Positions 61,893 to 64,000 of a stretch of 64,000 bases of DNA are shown in pieces (positions within the stretch are counted from its first letter, which is position 1; each line of letters starts with the position of its first letter). Both the position numbers and the translations under genes were made by a program. Origin of the DNA: an uncultured Candidatus Rokubacteria bacterium (GTDB lineage Bacteria; Methylomirabilota; Methylomirabilia; Rokubacteriales; CSP1-6); assembly GCA_963747235.1 (NCBI GenBank), contig CAVVEU010000040.1, forward strand, positions 416,001 through 480,000. The letters run 5' to 3'. The notes beneath the pieces were generated by a model. It saw only the letters and a program-made list of their open reading frames with translations, searched no databases and was not told the DNA's origin.

Positions 61893-63221
61893 TCAGTTCG
61901 CCGCGTAGGGCGAGGACGCCGGCAAGGGCAGCACCGGCTCACGGATCTGGAGGCTCTTGGGCCACACCACGTACGGCTTGTCGTCCACGTACTGCACGAT
62001 GACCGGGAAGGCGCGCTCGTTCTGGCCGGCCATGGGCGCGCCGTCGCCCACGAACTTCACGCCGAAGCCCAGCATGGTGCCGCCTTCGGGCAAGTTCACC
62101 TCGAGCGCGGCCTTGCGGAGCGAGTCGGCGTCCACGCCCCCGTACTTCTTGATCGCGCGCGGCAGCACCTCGGTCATGAACACGTAGGTGTTGCTGGCCG
62201 CCATGCCGACGTGGGCCGAGCGGACGCTGGTGCCCGGCCGGGCCTTCTCGTACTCGTCCCCCACCATCTTGATCAGGGGCAGCAGCTCGGGCTTGAGCGC
62301 CTTCTCGTTGGCGAGCCAGATCGAGATCGGATCCACGTTGTAGAAGTAGTTGACGTCCTTGCCGAGCGCTTCCTTCAGCTTGTCGTAGACGCCGTAGCCG
62401 GCGCCGTGCCCCACCAGCGCGTTGAAGCGCAGCCCCAGCTCGCGCGCCTGGCGCAGGAACAGGGAGATGTCCGGATTGTAGCCGGTGTGGAAGATGACGT
62501 CGGGCCGCGCGCGCTTCAGCTTGGTGACGAGCGGGGCCAGGTCGGGCGCGGTCGCCGCGTAGCCCTCCTTCAGCACCACGTTGAAGCCCGCCTTCTTCGC
62601 TCCCTCCTCGTTGCCCTTGGAGACGTCCACCCCGTAGGCGCCGTCCTCGTGGATGATCGCGACCCGCAGGTCCTTCGGCTCCTTGCCGAGCTTGGCCTTC
62701 GCGTTCTGGGCGATGAAGTCGGTGGACATCAGGCCGAACTGCCGCCCGCTCGGCTGGATCCGGAACACGTACTTGAGATTGCGATTCTCGAGGACCGCCG
62801 AGGAGATGCAGGTGGTGATCCACATGAACTTCTGGAGCTGTTCCACCCGGCCGGCCACCGGCACGCACTGGGCCGACGAGTAGAAGCCCAGCAGCATGTC
62901 CACCTTCTCCTGCTCGATCAGGCGCACCGCCTCGTTGATGGCGATCTCGGGCTTGCTCTGGGCGTCCGCGTAGATCGCCTCGATCTTGTAGCCCTCGACC
63001 CCGCCCTTCTTGGCGAAGTGGTCGATCATGATCTTGGCGCCGAGGGCGTGCAGATCGGAGCCGCCTCCCGCGAGCGGGCCGGTGTAGTCGAAGATCACCC
63101 CGATCTTCAGCTTCTTGGCCTGAGCGTGCACGGGAGGGATCGGGGACGCGGCGGCGAGCAACCCCGCCAGCACCAGCCCGGAAACCAGCAGCAGCCATAC
63201 GGTCGATCTGCGCAGGGACAT
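61893..63221 (-). CDS. Liv-type ABC substrate-binding protein
   Basis: Signal peptide ending VHA; KIGVIFDYTGPLAGGG, ADAQSKP, HEDGAYG. Confidence 0.9.
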   Translation of the reverse strand: MSLRRSTVWLLLVSGLVLAGLLAAASPIPPVHAQAKKLKIGVIFDYTGPLAGGGSDLHALGAKIMIDHFAKKGGVEGYKIEAIYADAQSKPEIAINEAVRLIEQEKVDMLLGFYSSAQCVPVAGRVEQLQKFMWITTCISSAVLENRNLKYVFRIQPSGRQFGLMSTDFIAQNAKAKLGKEPKDLRVAIIHEDGAYGVDVSKGNEEGAKKAGFNVVLKEGYAATAPDLAPLVTKLKRARPDVIFHTGYNPDISLFLRQARELGLRFNALVGHGAGYGVYDKLKEALGKDVNYFYNVDPISIWLANEKALKPELLPLIKMVGDEYEKARPGTSVRSAHVGMAASNTYVFMTEVLPRAIKKYGGVDADSLRKAALEVNLPEGGTMLGFGVKFVGDGAPMAGQNERAFPVIVQYVDDKPYVVWPKSLQIREPVLPLPASSPYAAN

Positions 63222-63292
63222 GATGATCCTCCCAAGCGGCGTCGGTCGGGATTCGAGCGTGGGCGGCATTACAAACCGCCGCCCTCGACTTG

Positions 63293-64000
63293 TCAAGGAC
63301 CGGCGAGAACGATCTTGCCGAACTGCCCGGCCTCTTCCATGCGCCGGTGGGCGGCGGACACCTCGGCGAGCGGGTAGACCCGGTCCACGACCGGGCGGAG
63401 GCCGTCGCGCGCGTAGAGCTCCAGCATGTCCGCGAACTCGGCCGGGCTGCCCATGGTGGTGCCCAGCACCGAGATCTGCCGCCAGAAGATCGAGCGCAGC
63501 ACCATCTGGGGCACCGGGCCCGTGGTGGCGCCGTAGGTCGCGATGCGCCCGCCCGGCCGCAGCAGGTCCACCGCGCGCGCGAACGTCTCGCCGCCCACGC
63601 TGTCGATGACCACGTCGGGCCCGCGGCCCCCGGTGAGCGCGAGGATCTCCTTCACCCAGTCCTGGGTGCGGTAGTTGGCCCCGCCCGCCGCGCCGAGCTC
63701 GCGGGCGCGGGCCAGCTTGGCGTCGCTGCCCGACGTCACCAGCACGCGGGCGCCCCGCCGGGCCGCGATCTGGAGCGCGAACGTCGACACCCCGCCGCCG
63801 ATGCCGGTGACGAGCACGGTCTCCCCCGCCCGCACCTGGGCGCGGCTGACCACCGCGCGGTAGGCGGTGAGGCCGGCGAGCGGGAGGGCGGCGGCCTCCT
63901 CGAAGGAGAGCGCGGCGGGCTTGGGGTGCACGTTGCGGGCCGGCACCCGGATCTGCTGCGCGTAGGTGCCGTCGTCGGGCAGGCCCAGGATGCGAAACTC
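63293..64000 (-). CDS. Zinc-binding dehydrogenase/quinone oxidoreductase (MDR), 5' part outside the window
   Basis: GTYAQQI, EEAAALPLAGLTAY, TGIGGGV, GTTMGS, QFGKIVL. Confidence 0.88.
   Translation of the reverse strand, partial: EFRILGLPDDGTYAQQIRVPARNVHPKPAALSFEEAAALPLAGLTAYRAVVSRAQVRAGETVLVTGIGGGVSTFALQIAARRGARVLVTSGSDAKLARARELGAAGGANYRTQDWVKEILALTGGRGPDVVIDSVGGETFARAVDLLRPGGRIATYGATTGPVPQMVLRSIFWRQISVLGTTMGSPAEFADMLELYARDGLRPVVDRVYPLAEVSAAHRRMEEAGQFGKIVLAGP

Overview
Very GC-rich, densely coding bacterial DNA. The gene content (many Liv-type ABC transporter paralogs, CoA-transferases, outer-membrane lipid trafficking MlaC, CCCTCACCC..CCTCTCCC REP repeats) is reminiscent of Ca. Rokubacteria/Methylomirabilota; this is an inference, not a placement. 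About 65 genes were found, mostly accessory metabolism, transport and signalling, plus rnd, ettA, fbp/fbaB, mtgA and msrA. Many otherwise intact genes carry 1-bp indels, typical of an unpolished long-read assembly. I see no rRNA, tRNA, CRISPR array, prophage or transposase. Highlights: (1) a split cyclopropane-synthase-like methyltransferase with a geranylgeranyl-reductase-family flavoprotein between its two halves, translationally coupled to an unusual ABC operon with two binding proteins (candidate new methyl-branched lipid pathway); (2) a membrane class III cyclase with a periplasmic CxxCH heme-c motif and guanylate-cyclase-like specificity residue; (3) a ~176-bp G-tract palindrome whose flanking genes show strand-biased G-to-A synonymous drift; (4) many leaderless-type and back-to-back -10 promoters; (5) several repeat-containing orphan proteins.
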